This document shows positions 25,615 through 37,945 of a DNA stretch of 64,000 nucleotides, piece after piece. Position numbers and translations under genes: made by a program. Numbering within the stretch: position 1 is the stretch's first letter; each line of letters begins with the position of its first letter. This DNA is from Balanoglossus misakiensis (Eukaryota > Animalia > Hemichordata): NCBI GenBank assembly GCA_040954595.2, contig CM082577.2:17892303-17956302 (forward strand), in the 5' to 3' direction. The notes under the pieces are model-generated. The model worked only from the letters and a program-made list of their open reading frames with translations. It ran no database searches and was not told the origin of the DNA.

Positions 25615-25805
25615 AAGAAGAATATGTTTAATTCCTAATTCTGGCTTCCAATCTTTCTTCAAGGTGTTCACACAAATTTCACCATTGCTGGCAACATTTG
25701 GATGAAAAATTTTGGTAAGAAAAAATCCCTTGGGTGGCACTGATGGAAAGCCTTTACCGAGCACCAGCTTCAACCTAAATAAGCCACCAGCATAAGGGGT
25801 TCCAC
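25615..25805 (-). CDS. UBE2S: UBE2S exon 3 (catalytic Cys)
   Basis: [64 protein letters not shown] contains the HPN motif and the active-site C. Confidence 0.97.
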
Positions 25806-25960
25806 CTGTAAACACAAAGTCATAGTAGGGTTGGTAATTTCCATGGAAAATCATGTTGGTAACTACATGTAGGTTTCAATATTTAATAGAGCTCCTGTGG
25901 TTGTGTCATTTTTCCCAGGAAATCCTGTCATTAGACCATATAGCCTTAAAATAATTTTGT

Positions 25961-26553
25961 TATTTAAGCAATAACCCCGCCGCAGGCGGGTATACGCGAG
26001 ATTTGGGTACAATTCGAGACATATAGCACGAGCCGTTAGGCGAGTGCTATATGGAGCGAATTGTACCCAAATCGAGTGTATACCCGACTGAGGCGGGGGT
26101 TATTGCTATTGTATTATATCATTCAACAATTGATTTTGTGGCATATCAGTGTCATTTTCTTACCGAAACGGCGTCAGAAAGAGAAATTACGATCGTGAAC
26201 CAACATGGCGACGATGAATGTCAACACGAGCGGCCGCGATCCAGCCGGGATCGAGAATTAAACATGAAGCAGACGACAAAAAGTGACAAGACGGGCATCG
26301 CGCGTGGCAAAGTGACAAATATTTCCACAGAGCAGTTCCAAAATAAAACGTCCGTTAATTCAACAGCATTTTTGTTTTATTTATTTGGTTTAAACACGCG
26401 CGACTGTGGTTTAACCGCACATTTTTGTTGCCGTATGCTAGTTCAGGGGCCCGTTTTACCACTGCCAGCAGTGCATTATGAGTATTTTAGCATCGCTGGA
26501 TTGAGCTCTCGTCCAATCAGAATTGTGGACGGTAGGCATGATATAATATAATT
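25961..26553 (-). mobile_element. Non-autonomous Crypton family A (full copy)
   Basis: Terminal hairpin at 25968-26107 and subterminal IR tattatatcat/atgatataata. Both halves match the flanks of the tyrosine-recombinase ORF at 40.3-40.6 kb and 42.4-42.5 kb. No TSD. Confidence 0.8.
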
Positions 26554-26854
26554 GATGATAGACTGGACTGACCAAATTCAGGCACCTGCATGTATTATAT
26601 GATTGAATTTCTGCATTGCAATTTTAAAACCTTATCATGTGACAGAGAAGACAAGACAGAACAAGAGAGTTGAAATGTAAAACAAGTGTTGTGAAAGAAC
26701 ACCTATAGTTTTGTGACACTGTCATAGATATATCAACTATACACCATGTGATAACTTACTCCTGGCAGCATGTAATTGTATTGATTACACCTCACATATT
26801 ATGTTGTATTCGTGATTGGCTGAGACGCACTCATGTGATATAGAAAAAAGTTAT

Positions 26855-27137
26855 ATAGGGATAAACTGTGTTAACGCCATCTTGAAAATTTGCAGTGCAT
26901 TATGGGTCAATTGAGTTCCGGTTGGGGGGTGGGGGAGTAGCGCCTACAACCTATCCATTTTCCAGCGGTTTTGTCAGATTTTCTTCAAGTAACGTTAGTA
27001 GTAGTAGTTACATGAAGAAAATCTGACTAAACCGCTGGAAATGGATAGGTTGTAGACGCTACTCCCCCAACCGGAACTCAATTGACCCATAATGCACTGC
27101 AAATTTTCAAGATGGCGTTAACACAGTTTATCCCTAT
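26855..27137. mobile_element. Foldback MITE (arms about 135 bp)
   Basis: atagggataaactgtgttaacgcc...ggcgttaacacagtttatccctat is a near-perfect palindrome. Confidence 0.7.
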
Positions 27138-27307
27138 CACATGGCTAGAGTTGATAAAGCCCTGTCGCATGCCTTGATATTGCCCGCTGGGTTGTTTTGA
27201 TGTTCTGCGCGCGACTTCTGCGCACAACAAACTCTCGTTCAATGGCTTCCTCCACGATCAGTCAACTCCTGCATCTACAGCTTGAAAGCGACACACAGGA
27301 TTAACAC

Positions 27308-27434
27308 TAGACTCTCACAACCCCTCTCGCCATCCATGCAGGCTTATGGAACGGTGCTTCTCCCCTGCCAAACAGTTGAGGGCGTGTCAGTGAAGAGCCT
27401 TGTTGTAGCGAACCGTGGGCTGTGAGAGAGTCTA
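27308..27434. mobile_element. Academ-type MITE (TAGACTCTC termini)
   Basis: tagactctc..gagagtcta termini. An inverted copy lies at 37946-38097. Confidence 0.65.
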
Positions 27435-27543
27435 GCTTACACCTGTTCAACTCGACGATATTTTACTGCAAACAGGCAGTAAATACATGTACACCAAAAT
27501 TGCAACCAACAGGGCAGTTTCCTCAAAATTATCTGCATGCAAA

Positions 27544-27852
27544 AAGATCTGCATGTCAATAGAACTCAAAATGAGATGTTACAGAAACAAGGTCACCACA
27601 TGGTTTTTGACTCTGCCGTCGTTCAAATCAATCACCTTACACAACACACTACTGATTGGCCAGAGCAATGACCTGGGCGTTGCTAATAGTAGGAAAATAA
27701 TTAGCATTAATTAGCAACATTTGTTCCATGGTAACGGCCAATCAGTAATGTGTTGCGTAAGGTGATTGACTTGAAAGACGTCAGAGTCAAAACCATGTGG
27801 TGACCTCGTTGCCGTGACATCGCATTTTGAGTTCTATTGACATGCAGATCTT
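27544..27852. mobile_element. Foldback MITE
   Basis: aagatctgcatgtcaatagaactcaaaatg...cattttgagttctattgacatgcagatctt with imperfect arms of about 120 bp. Confidence 0.65.
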
Positions 27853-28832
27853 GAAAAATTCAGATAGTTGATTCTATGGCCAGGCCAAGTGTGTAGAATT
27901 TCTATTTATCTAAAACACACTGGTCTGGAGCCAGGCTAGTGTCACTTTAAAATCAGTGTGTCAACCTACTTTTTTCTGTTTGCAAGATGGTGTGGTTTGC
28001 CTATCTACCCCTTCCTCAACAAAAAAATAAGTTGTTTTCAATGACCTAGTCCCCAATGGATAAACAGATTTATAGAATTTATAAGGTGTTCGGAGTTGTG
28101 AACATTTTAGCATTTTCAGCTCATTTACATATTTTGGTACAGACAACTTCATTTGAACATAACCCCATCTAGTGAAGTATACATCAACAAGGCAAGTTTT
28201 TGCAGTGGATGGACATAAGAACAGACACACATACACATTTATAGTCGAATCTTGTTAAACTAGTACAAAAAGCACTGTTTGTTATATGCACATTTTGTAA
28301 TAACCGATGTCAGTTTGGGGAAATTTTAATGACAATATGGCTTCCTGCGCAGTATTGAAAGTATTGTCATTTCTGTTAAATGTTGATTTTTGGATTATCC
28401 TTAGTCTTGCTCCAAGACTGTGTGATATGTTCTGCGCGTACATCCTTAAGGTAATTTTTGCAAGATCAAACATTCCATATTACACAAAATAAATGTACAT
28501 GTACACACATTTTTGACCTCTATCAAAAATAAAATAATGAATGCTGCCAAGAACTCCCAAGTCGGCCGACAGTAACACACACTGTCAACATGACTGTAAA
28601 CAACCTCTGTTTATCCAAAAAATAATGTCCCTGTTATCACAATTGTCATCTTCAAAGTTATGAACAAAGCCAAAAATGTGTAAACAACTTGAATGGAGTA
28701 AGAGTGTGTGTTGAGTTATAACAACTGAACATACCAGAATAACAGTCTGTCAAAAGAAATAAAAAACAACCAAAATACTGTCAAACGATACTGACTTTAC
28801 TGACTTTGTCCCTCAAAACTCTATGGGATTAC

Positions 28833-28980
28833 CTGGGCCTTCTATTGTCGCTTGAATGTCCGTAATGTCTTCTTCATTTGGATAGATTTTAATGCCCTCT
28901 GGTGGGTCACATGATAACTCCGAGATTTCTTTGGCTACCTGTCTGATTGTTTGTGGTGACAGATTTTCAACATTGGAACT
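28833..28980 (-). CDS. UBE2S: UBE2S exon 2
   Basis: [49 protein letters not shown]. Boundaries ctgcag| and G|gtaatc. Confidence 0.96.
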
Positions 28981-29146
28981 CTGCAGAATGGATAAGAAAA
29001 ACAAGCAGTGTCAATGACACTGCTCTCATTGACGAGAAATTATGCATGAGAAAGTGACAAAAATGTCAGGTATGATACCAGAACCAGTTATTCATTGTAG
29101 TTGAACTTGAACTACATGTAATCCATCAGGCAGACATGATAATCTG

Positions 29147-30896
29147 AAAAATAGCGTCAAGGACACTGTGGTCCCATTTGAGGACATAGCACATAGCAAC
29201 ATAGCAATAAGCATATCTGCTCTGGATGCCAAGATATGGAAAAGTAGGTCAAAGGTCACCTGAGGTCATGCAAAATTTGGGCAAGAAATTTTGACCCTAT
29301 ACTGGTCCATGTTGAACAAAAACCAAACCTATAGCCCTATTGGTTAGCCTGTAATTAGGTATGCACATAATTAATGAGATATGCAGGCGTCACAGGTGAC
29401 CCATATTTTGGCTTTTCAATTTTAGTCCCAACCCTCCAAACGCGAAGTCTGTATCTGCTCTGGATGCCAAGATATGATAAAGTAGGTCAAAGGTCACCTG
29501 AGGTCATGCAAAATTTGGGCAAGAAATTTTGACCTTATACTGGTCCATGTTCAATAAAAACCAAACCTATAGCCTTATTGGTTAGCCTAGGATTAGGTAT
29601 GCACATAATTAATGAGATATGCAGGTGTCAAAGGTGACCCCCAATTTTGGCTTTTCAATTTTAGTGCCAACCCTCCAAACGCCAAGTATGTACCTGCTCT
29701 AGATGCCAAGATATGGTAAAGTAGGTCAAAGGTCACCTAAGGTCATGCAAAATTTGGGCAAGAAATTTTGACCCTATACTGGTCCATGTTCAACAAAAAC
29801 CAAACCTATAGCCTTATTGGTTAGCCTGGAATTAGGTATGCACATAATTAATGAGATATGCAGGTGTCACAGGTGACCCCCAATTTTGGCTTCTCAATTT
29901 TAGTGCCAATCCTCTAAACGCCAAGTCTGTACCTGCTCTGGATGCCAAGATATGGAAAAGTAGGTCAAAGGTCACCTGAGGTCATGCAAAATTTGGGCAA
30001 GAAATTTTGACCCTATACTGGTCCATGTTCAACAAAAACCAAACCTATAGCCCTATTGGTTAGCCTTGAATTAGGTATGCACATAATTAATGAGATATGC
30101 AGGTGTCACAGGTGACCCCCCAATTTTGGCTTTTCAATTTTAGTCCCAACCCTCCAAACGCCAAGTCTGTACCTGCTCTGGATGCCCAGATATAGGAAAG
30201 TAGGTCAAAGGTCACCTGAGGTCACCCAAGATTTGGGCAAGAAATTTTGACCCTATACTGGTCCATGTCCCACAAGAACGAAACCTCTAGCCCTATTAGT
30301 TAGCCCGGAATTAGGTATGCACATAATTAATGTGTTAAGCAGGTGTTACAGGTGAGCCCAAAAATGTGCCTTTTATTTTGGCCTCATTGTGCTCACTGAC
30401 CAATAGACAGTCTCTGTACAGGACTATTGCACAGACCAGAATTCCACAATAAGACGTGGACATAGCTTAACCATAGAGGTATAAGTAAAGGTATAAATTT
30501 AATAAAAAGACTAAAAAATTCATGAAAAATAAAACATCCATGATATCAACTTAACACTTACAGGTCGGTGTGAGGTTGACATAAGGTACATACATATCAA
30601 TTTTCAAAGCAATCTGACCAGTAATTGTTAAGTTACAGAGTTTTGATCAATTTCACATTTTACAAGCTAATTTGCATATTTTTGGGCCTGGCAACTTCGT
30701 TTGGACAAACTCCCATCTACAGCCCAGCCTGCACCTACACACCAAATATTGAGGTGATACGCGCAGCGGTTTTCAAGTTTTTGATGTGGACGGACATACA
30801 GACATACATCCATACATCCATCCATACATACATACAGACGCAACCCATCCCATAAGGTCCCATGGTATATAGGCCTATACCAATGGGACCTAAAAA
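29147..30896 (-). mobile_element. HINE-like element (family H termini) carrying an internal satellite
   Basis: Same termini as 16169-17264 (aaatagcgtcaaggacactgtggtcccattt ... ccaatgggacctaaaaa) but a different interior. Confidence 0.75.
29216..30360. repeat. Tandem repeat, about 4.8 copies of a 238-240 bp unit
   Basis: tct(g/a)gatgcc recurs at 29221, 29459, 29698, 29937 and 30177. Confidence 0.92.
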
Positions 30897-30923
30897 TGAC
30901 AAAAATTGCTGCCCAGAATACCA

Positions 30924-31767
30924 TATTTAAGCAATAACCCGCGCCGCAGGCGGGTATACGCGAGATTTGGGTACAATTCAAGACATGTAGCACGAGTGCT
31001 ATATGGAGCGAATTGTACCCAAATCGAGTGTATACCCGACTGAGGCAGGGGTTATTGCTATTATATTATATCAACAATAGTTTTTGTGGCATATCAGTGT
31101 CATTATCTTACCGAAACGGCATCAGAAAGAGAAATTACGATCGTGAACCAACATGGCAACGATGAATGTAAACACGAGCGGCCGCGATCCAGCCGGGATC
31201 GAGCATTAAACATGAAGCAGACGACAAAAAGTGACAAGACGGGCATCGCGCGTGGCAAAGATTTCCACAGAGCAGTTCCAAAATAAAACGTCCGTTAATT
31301 CAACAGTATTTTTGTTTTATTTATTTGGTTTAACACGCGCGACTGTGGTTTAACCGCACATTTTTGCCGCCGTATTCTAGTTCAGGGGCCCGTTTTAGCA
31401 GTGCATTATTGCTTAATTATATTATACCAGTATATTGATGGTGTAAATCACGCTATTTGATTGGTCGAGACACTACACGTGACTGTGAAACTGATATATT
31501 AGCCATATACCACAGTCATATATCATAGTCAAAGAAAATGCCTTTTTAAAATGTTTTATGCAAAGTTTCAATATACTGGCATAATATAATAGCAATAAAA
31601 CACCCCCAGCCATGGTACACCACTCGATTTTGACCAGTTCACGACATATACGCACGAGCGATAGCGAGTGCGTATATGTCGTGAAATGGTCAAAATTTAT
31701 TTTAGCATCGCTGGATTGAGCTCTCGTCCAATCAGAATTGCGGACGGTAGCATGATATAATATAATT
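30924..31767 (-). mobile_element. Non-autonomous Crypton family A copy, interrupted by a related element
   Basis: Near-identical to 25961-26553, with an insertion at about 31408-31696. Confidence 0.8.
31408..31696 (+). mobile_element. Related hairpin-ended element, circularly permuted
   Basis: Starts with an end-to-end junction tattgcttaa|ttatattatacc. Has IR tattataccagtat/atactggcataata. The hairpin (loop gagcgatagcga) is cut in its right arm. Confidence 0.65.
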
Positions 31768-32592
31768 ATATTTTAACCACATTATTGGCATATTATTTTA
31801 AGTCCCTTAGGCACTGCAACAGTGCAAGCCAAACTGTAAGTGTAAACAAAACAGATGAGCCACTTGAATGTTTGTACAATCACCATGTGTTTATCAATAA
31901 TACATGTAATACAGCCCCATTGGTCGACTCAATCATGCATATGGCTGTTTTAGCCTCTGACCACACCAGTACATGTAGAAACAGTACACACAGTCTGCAA
32001 GGCTGTCATGAGTACCAATGTACTGTAACAAAGTTCTCTCTTGGTTAAAATGAAAGTAGAAGCTAAAATATGTGTGACTTCAGAATTGGATTTCAAATGG
32101 TTATTCTTCTTTAACCGCTTTCTGTATCTCTGTCAATCTTCCACAATTTCCCTGAATATTCCTTGCTTCTTTGTTGAATCGCTAATTTTGTATAGTCTGT
32201 CGATTTCTGCTTACTAGTTGTGGTGAGATACAGTAACATGGCACTGAACAGCACATTTTCACTGTCACTGTAACATGCTAACTAGAGGCATTCTGTTGCT
32301 TTTCTAAAATGTAAAAGTTAAAGTATTGTTATGGTTATCTGGATCTGAATGGGACAATAACTAGCATATCTATTGGCTATGCCACCTCATAATGATCTCG
32401 AATAATGTCATTACATGCTGCCTGGTATGAAACTAGTATAAGTTAGTACATTACCATTTTGAATGAAAATGATGGTAGTTACAGATAGTGGACCTTTGAC
32501 TTGATGGCAACATCTACAGCCAAAAAAGTACAAATCACATAGTAAGATTTAACCAATCTATTATGTTACCAGTGAAACTGATTGGTCTCCAG

Positions 32593-32853
32593 CGCCACCT
32601 CAGGTGGGTATACACGAGATTTGGGTACAATTCGTGACATACAGTGCTATGGAGCGAATTGTACCCAAATCGAGTGTATACCCAACTGCGGTGGGAGTTA
32701 ATGTTATATTAATTATTTGATTTTGTGGCATACCAGTGTCTTATTGGTTGCAGAAAAAGTTAGCAGTGTTACTCGGTATTTTGGGTATTTTTGCATCGCT
32801 GGATTGAGCTCTCATCCAATCAGAATGGTAGACGGTACCGGCATAATATAATG
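32593..32853 (-). mobile_element. Short degenerate Crypton family A copy
   Basis: gggtatacacgagatttgggtacaattcg..gcatcgctggattgagctctc..ccaatcagaat..cataatataa. Confidence 0.7.
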
Positions 32854-33735
32854 TAATTCCGAATTGTTGTTTTTGTCTGTTAGATGTTCCTGCTAAGTCA
32901 ATTGATATTTGCAACTAACACAGTAATTTTATTTAAGACAAATTAAGAGACGTATATATTATTAGTATATTCATGTGTACTGTTTTCGAATTTCTTTATA
33001 ATAGGCTACAATAGCAGGCCTACTTTGTTGAATTTGGGGTCTGTTTTGTAGTATTTGTTGTATACCAAAGAGGTGTGCATTTAATGGAAGGGCTTTGTCC
33101 TGGGCTATATAAAAAGTCATTTGTGAATATGCTTCTTAGTTATAAAATAGAATGTCAAAAAAAGTCGAACTGGTGAAATTGGAATTTGGGCTAGCAGGTT
33201 TTACCTTTTCACTTTGCCACTTGTGCTAGGAAATGAACATCAGCTGTTTCCACGTCTTAATCCTACTCAATCCTCTCTTACGTCCATGAACATACGAACT
33301 TTGTTTCATTGATATATCACATGATCTTTTACTTGGTTTTTACATGATCATGATTATCATGTTCCTCAACCAAAACAAACGTTCGTTGGTTCGTGTTTGT
33401 TACATGTATGTAACGGACAATCGAAAACAGCAATGTACACTATCAAATAATTTTTGAACCCTTGCATTTCTTATGGCCAGCAACTCCTCGACAGAAATAT
33501 CACCCACGTATGTTTACAGAAATAAACATGTATCAGATCAAAAGGTGGCATCGGTTTAATTTTCACAGACAAATTTGATAGTTTTCCAAGAAGGACAATG
33601 GAGATTCAAGGTGATACGTGAGTCTCAACGTATTGCAATCAAGAGAAAGTCAATCATGAATCAAGCGCTTATCAGGAAGCTATGTTGACACAACCACCAC
33701 AGAAATACACGAGTGAAGAGAAGTTAGATACTTAC

Positions 33736-33744
33736 ACCAGACAT
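33736..33744 (-). CDS. UBE2S: UBE2S exon 1 (coding part MSG)
   Basis: ATG TCT GGT|gtaagta joins in phase 0 to exon 2. Total CDS is 648 nt (215 aa). A CpG-rich promoter lies immediately upstream. Confidence 0.75.
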
Positions 33745-33769
33745 CGTAGATTAGAACTGCTTAAATTTG

Positions 33770-33975
33770 TGTTCAAAGAGAAGAAACGGGGCACCAAACC
33801 GCACAAGAATGCCAATTATGTTGGTGTTCTTGTTTCTACTATCAATATGGCTTCAAATACGAATATTGAAATGAACCAATCAGATGGCGAGAAAATACGC
33901 AGCCTCGTTCTAGATTTATTCTCAATCTTAAACGAAAGAGGGCAGTATATAGAACGACGCCGTATGGATTGGATA
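33770..33975 (-). promoter_or_regulatory. UBE2S promoter with cell-cycle-type motifs
   Basis: CHR-like TTTGAA (- strand, 33852-33857), CCAAT boxes (33876-33880 and 33968-33972), and E2F-like TTTTCTCGCCA (- strand, 33885-33895). Confidence 0.5.
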
Positions 33976-34232
33976 ACCACGGTCACTCCACACCGTGGGT
34001 TAACATTAAAATCTTTCTGTCGCCGTCGCCCACGATTTCTCTGTCTTAAATTAGCGAAGCAGGCGCAGACATGATCATATTTGAGTTCCCAATTTCAGTG
34101 TTTCATGAACGTTACAGCAGAGCACCGACGAGCTAACACAAATCGAAACAACTTGGAAGAGCGGCTGTCGACAGTAGATTGGGCCGGGGCCCTTTTCTGA
34201 GTATCTCATAGCCGCGATCGCAGGGTAACTAC

Positions 34233-34328
34233 CAATCTGATTAAAATCAGATGTAGGGAACGGCGACGTGGGTTTTTTTCATGCTGTCGCCTCACTGCCG
34301 TTCCCTACATCTGATTTTAATCAGATTG
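34233..34328. mobile_element. Mutator-like foldback MITE (copy 2)
   Basis: Same TIR as 6095 with 9-bp TSD ggtaactac. Confidence 0.85.
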
Positions 34329-34417
34329 GGTAACTACGGACAACTCCCATGTGACTGTGGTCTCACAATCGCTTGGGAGTATTGTTACAGACAGCGATTG
34401 CTCCCTATTTTTTATTA

Positions 34418-35324
34418 AAGGACCGTTCAGTTTTTACGGCTGGGGTGTCGGGGTGTGTGGCAAGTTTGTGTCATCGGTTTTCAATATCAGGCCGACCCCC
34501 CCCCCCTTTGACAGGCCCAAAAATATGATGACCCCCCCCCCCCCCCCCACGCCGAAAACATTCGCCGTCCTGATATGCAATAAAGGGAATGAGGCTCCTC
34601 ACACCTCAATTATAAATTTAAGTATTATTGAAGTATATAATAGTATATCGTTGCAATAAAGAAATCTATGAACAAATTAAAATGACAAGTCAATACAATA
34701 GTTGCTAGAATCGGTAAAACAAGAAAAGTGGAGGGGGGTGGGTGTTTTTCTTATGTGGGAGGGGGTCTCCCCCTCCCACATAAGAATTTTGTAAAAACGG
34801 TGCTCAAAGTTGCATTTTAATGAACTCAAAAGCAAATTATCTCAATGTTTGGGAGGACCAATTTTACTTTTTGCCACTCCACTCAAAGTTAGAAGATTTG
34901 GCGTCATCTTCGTCATGACATTACATAAAAATATATTTATAAAACTTCTAGTATATAGAAGATGCAGCGCGAAACTATCAGTTATGCAAAATGGTTTAAA
35001 CAATTATTCTCCTTTATGTATTCACTTTGTTATATATTATTATCGGTGGGGTTGGGGTGGCAAGCACTCTGCCCTGGTACACTAGACAAACCAGCAAAAA
35101 ATGAAATATGGCGGAGAATGAAGGGGGTGGGTGTGGGAGGGGGAAAATTTTGTAAAATAAAGGGCGCGAAACTGCAATTTTGTAGACTCAAAAGCAAAAG
35201 TTCGGTGGCAAAAGTATGTGACCCCCCCCCTAAACGTTTAAAAAAACCAGATGACCCCCCCCCCCTTGTGGACTTCAAAATTTAAGTGACCCCCCCCTGG
35301 ATTTTTAAAAACTGAACGGTCCCT
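34418..35324. mobile_element. PIF/Harbinger-type MITE (full copy)
   Basis: TIR a(a/g)ggaccgttcagttttta...aaaaactgaacggtccct, G/C-run rich. Partial copies at 5170 and about 49643-50285. Confidence 0.75.
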
Positions 35325-35559
35325 TAGGATCAAGGAGAAGATTGAAGTATTTTATCGATTAAAAAAATACTAAAAGTGGCAGCTATTGGGGGTGGTGCGA
35401 TAATTTATAGAAATGGAGTAAAATGATCAATCGCTGTGCATTGTAGGATGCACCAAAATTTATGGACTCCTTTGAAGAAATTTGGGGGGTCTTCTGTGTG
35501 TATGACATGCATGTTTATTTCTTTATTTATTTACACTTTAACGAGTGCCCGATTTACCC

Positions 35560-35830
35560 AATGAGTTATATTCATCGGGGCTCATTCATAACAAGAGAAG
35601 ACATTGAAGAAAAATAAATGAATGAAAAGTAACCCTAAATCATGAGTCAATTACAGAGGAACGTTGTTCTTAGTATACTCTCTTAACATAGTTTTTAAGT
35701 GATTCACGTTGTTAGCATATTTTACACCAGGTGGTAGCAATTCCAAAAGTTCGTTGCCCTGTAATGAAAGGTTCTCTTACCAGCGTTAGTGTAGCATCTT
35801 GGAGAATACAGGTTAAACTGGGAAATGGAA
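35560..35830 (-). mobile_element. CR1/L2-type LINE 3' remnant
   Basis: LYSPRCYTNAGKRTFHYRATNFWN resembles the CR1/L2 ORF2 C-terminus. Confidence 0.55.
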
Positions 35831-36845
35831 CGCGTCACATACATATTCATATGGTATTGAAATGTGAACAAATAATAAAAAAACGTATAACTCGGAGCAT
35901 TATACATGTACGTTACAGCAAGAAAATTAAAACAGATCCGTTGTCTCACCGATAGATCTGTTACAGCAAAAAGATCAACTGACGAGAATCCGTTGGAAAG
36001 TTCAAATAACAGGCGCAAAGCTCTCTGGATTATGCCTGTCGTGTTACACCAAACAAGGACACAGTAATCCACAGAACACTGAACTAATATGATTGCGTCT
36101 TGGGGATAAATGGAAGAAGTCGACGAATCAGGCCAATACATTACATAGCTGTTCCATGACAATGTTTAGTTTTTGTTTGTTTGTTTATAAATATGGTCAC
36201 GTTTGTTTGTTTGTTTACATGTTATAGGGTTAGGATATATTCAAGGGTTAGGGTTGGTTGGGGTAAATTTATTCGCTAGCTCCCTATACACGTACACGTA
36301 CACATCGAACAAAACATTTGTTTCTTAAAGTCTAGTTTTATTTAAATTTGTAGAACAGAAGTAAAATATTCTCAGAGAGGCAACTTTTAATTATTTAAAG
36401 ACAATATTTTTCCCGTTAGGATAACATTTATTTCTCTATGGAAAACAGGTCTTCTCTGAGCAGTGAATTGAAATACAATGTACATTGAAAACGATTTTTT
36501 TTTAATGTAGCAAAATTATTTTCTGATGACAACAAATTTAATCCTTTGAAATGCATTTTCCTGTACGTATTTCAGTATCAGTCATATTTGTAATACCATA
36601 GACAGTAGTCTATAGTACAATTGCGTAAAAATACGAGTCGAGAATCGAAGGAGAGCATAAAACTTGAGGGCGCTACACAATTTAGTTTCATGGACAATAT
36701 TCTTATGTGAGGGCGCAATTATCTACTTTCTTGGGGAAGAGTGAACATTTTTTTTCGACAAGCACAAACATGAAGACTTTACATCGGTATTACAGGCACG
36801 CAGACGAGTCAAAACGTTGAGTTGCCACACGAGCGAGATAAAACC

Positions 36846-37442
36846 TAGCCCTGTACGCAGGACTAGATAAAACCGTTGTCGATGAATGCACCGCACGTCG
36901 TTCCGGCTTTGGCTCCGTCGCCCCCTTCTGACACTCTCGCCATAACCCAAGCCTGGGTCTCCTTAGCCCGGAGACCAGGACGCCTGGTCTCCGGGCTAGG
37001 GTCTCCTCGTCAAAAGGCTTAGACTAGCTCGTGTAGGCCTGTGTCTTTGAGGCTACGACTCGGAGGCGTAGTCATAGTAACGTACAGTCTTGCCACGCAG
37101 CCTGCGATGCAAAGCTATGGTCTCAGACGCGTAGTACTGCGTGCATCCTCAAAGAGTGATGGTGTTCAAGTTTCGACTTGAAGTCGCCTCTATAAATAAT
37201 AATGTTTAGCCAAAACTCCCCCCCCCCATAAATACCAAGTTCAATGGAATTATAAGTCCGCGCGTCCGTCTACCAGATTTTAAATGGCCAGCATTCACCA
37301 TTATACCCTCTTCAATGACCCCGAATTTACATCTCGATTCTAATTCCCTTGGCTCTGCTAGGAGTGACTCTGGGCAACCATACGTAGCCCGGAGACCAGG
37401 GCGTAGATCGTATTCTAGATTGACGCCCTGGTCTCCGGGCTA
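36846..37442. mobile_element. Three micro-insertions with TAG..CTA ends and 9-bp TSDs (20, 35, 58 bp)
   Basis: 36846-36865 (TSD gataaaacc), 36964-36998 (TSD gggtctcct) and 37385-37442 (TSD aaccatacg). Confidence 0.75.
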
Positions 37443-37569
37443 AACCATACGATGTTGGGCGATCTATAGACTATCTTTTGTCAATAGTATAGTGTTCTTT
37501 TACAGTTATTTACAACATCGACAAACAACAGCAGGGAATGCCACATTGTTTTAAAAATATAATATTTAT

Positions 37570-37633
<64 letters not shown>

Positions 37634-37714
37634 ACAACAACAACAAACAAACAAACAAACAAACAAACAAACAAACAAACAAACAAACAAACAAACAAAC
37701 AAACAAACAAACAA
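37570..37714. repeat. Compound microsatellite (ATC)n-(AAC)n-(AAAC)n
   Basis: Directly visible in the sequence. Confidence 0.95.
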
Positions 37715-37780
37715 AAACAACACGATTTTCCCCCTCTGTACCCTGTGATACACACATGAACATTGAAATATACTAGGGGC

Positions 37781-37898
37781 CAATCTGATTAAAATCAGAT
37801 GTAGGGAACGGCGACGAGTTTTTTTATGCTGTCGCGTAGTGTGAGGCGACAGCATAAAAACACGTCGCCGTTCCCTACATCTGATTTTAATTAGATTG
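37781..37898. mobile_element. Mutator-like foldback MITE (copy 3)
   Basis: Same TIR as 6095 with 9-bp TSD actaggggc. Confidence 0.85.
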
Positions 37899-37945
37899 AC
37901 TAGGGGCCTACTCTTGTCACCATGGGACTTGTTCTAGCCTGGCCA

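Noticed and set aside
26051-26551. 166-aa ORF, with a similar ORF at 31086
   Set aside because: It lies antisense within the non-autonomous family-A repeat and the frame is broken in the second copy.
29216-30360. Regularly spaced repeats suggestive of a CRISPR array
   Set aside because: Contiguous 239-bp units with no unique spacers, in a eukaryotic intron. This is a satellite.
33682-34074. 130-aa + strand ORF
   Set aside because: It overlaps UBE2S exon 1 and its promoter in antisense and has no recognisable domain.
37510-37855. Poly-D, poly-S and poly-M ORFs
   Set aside because: These are translations of microsatellites.
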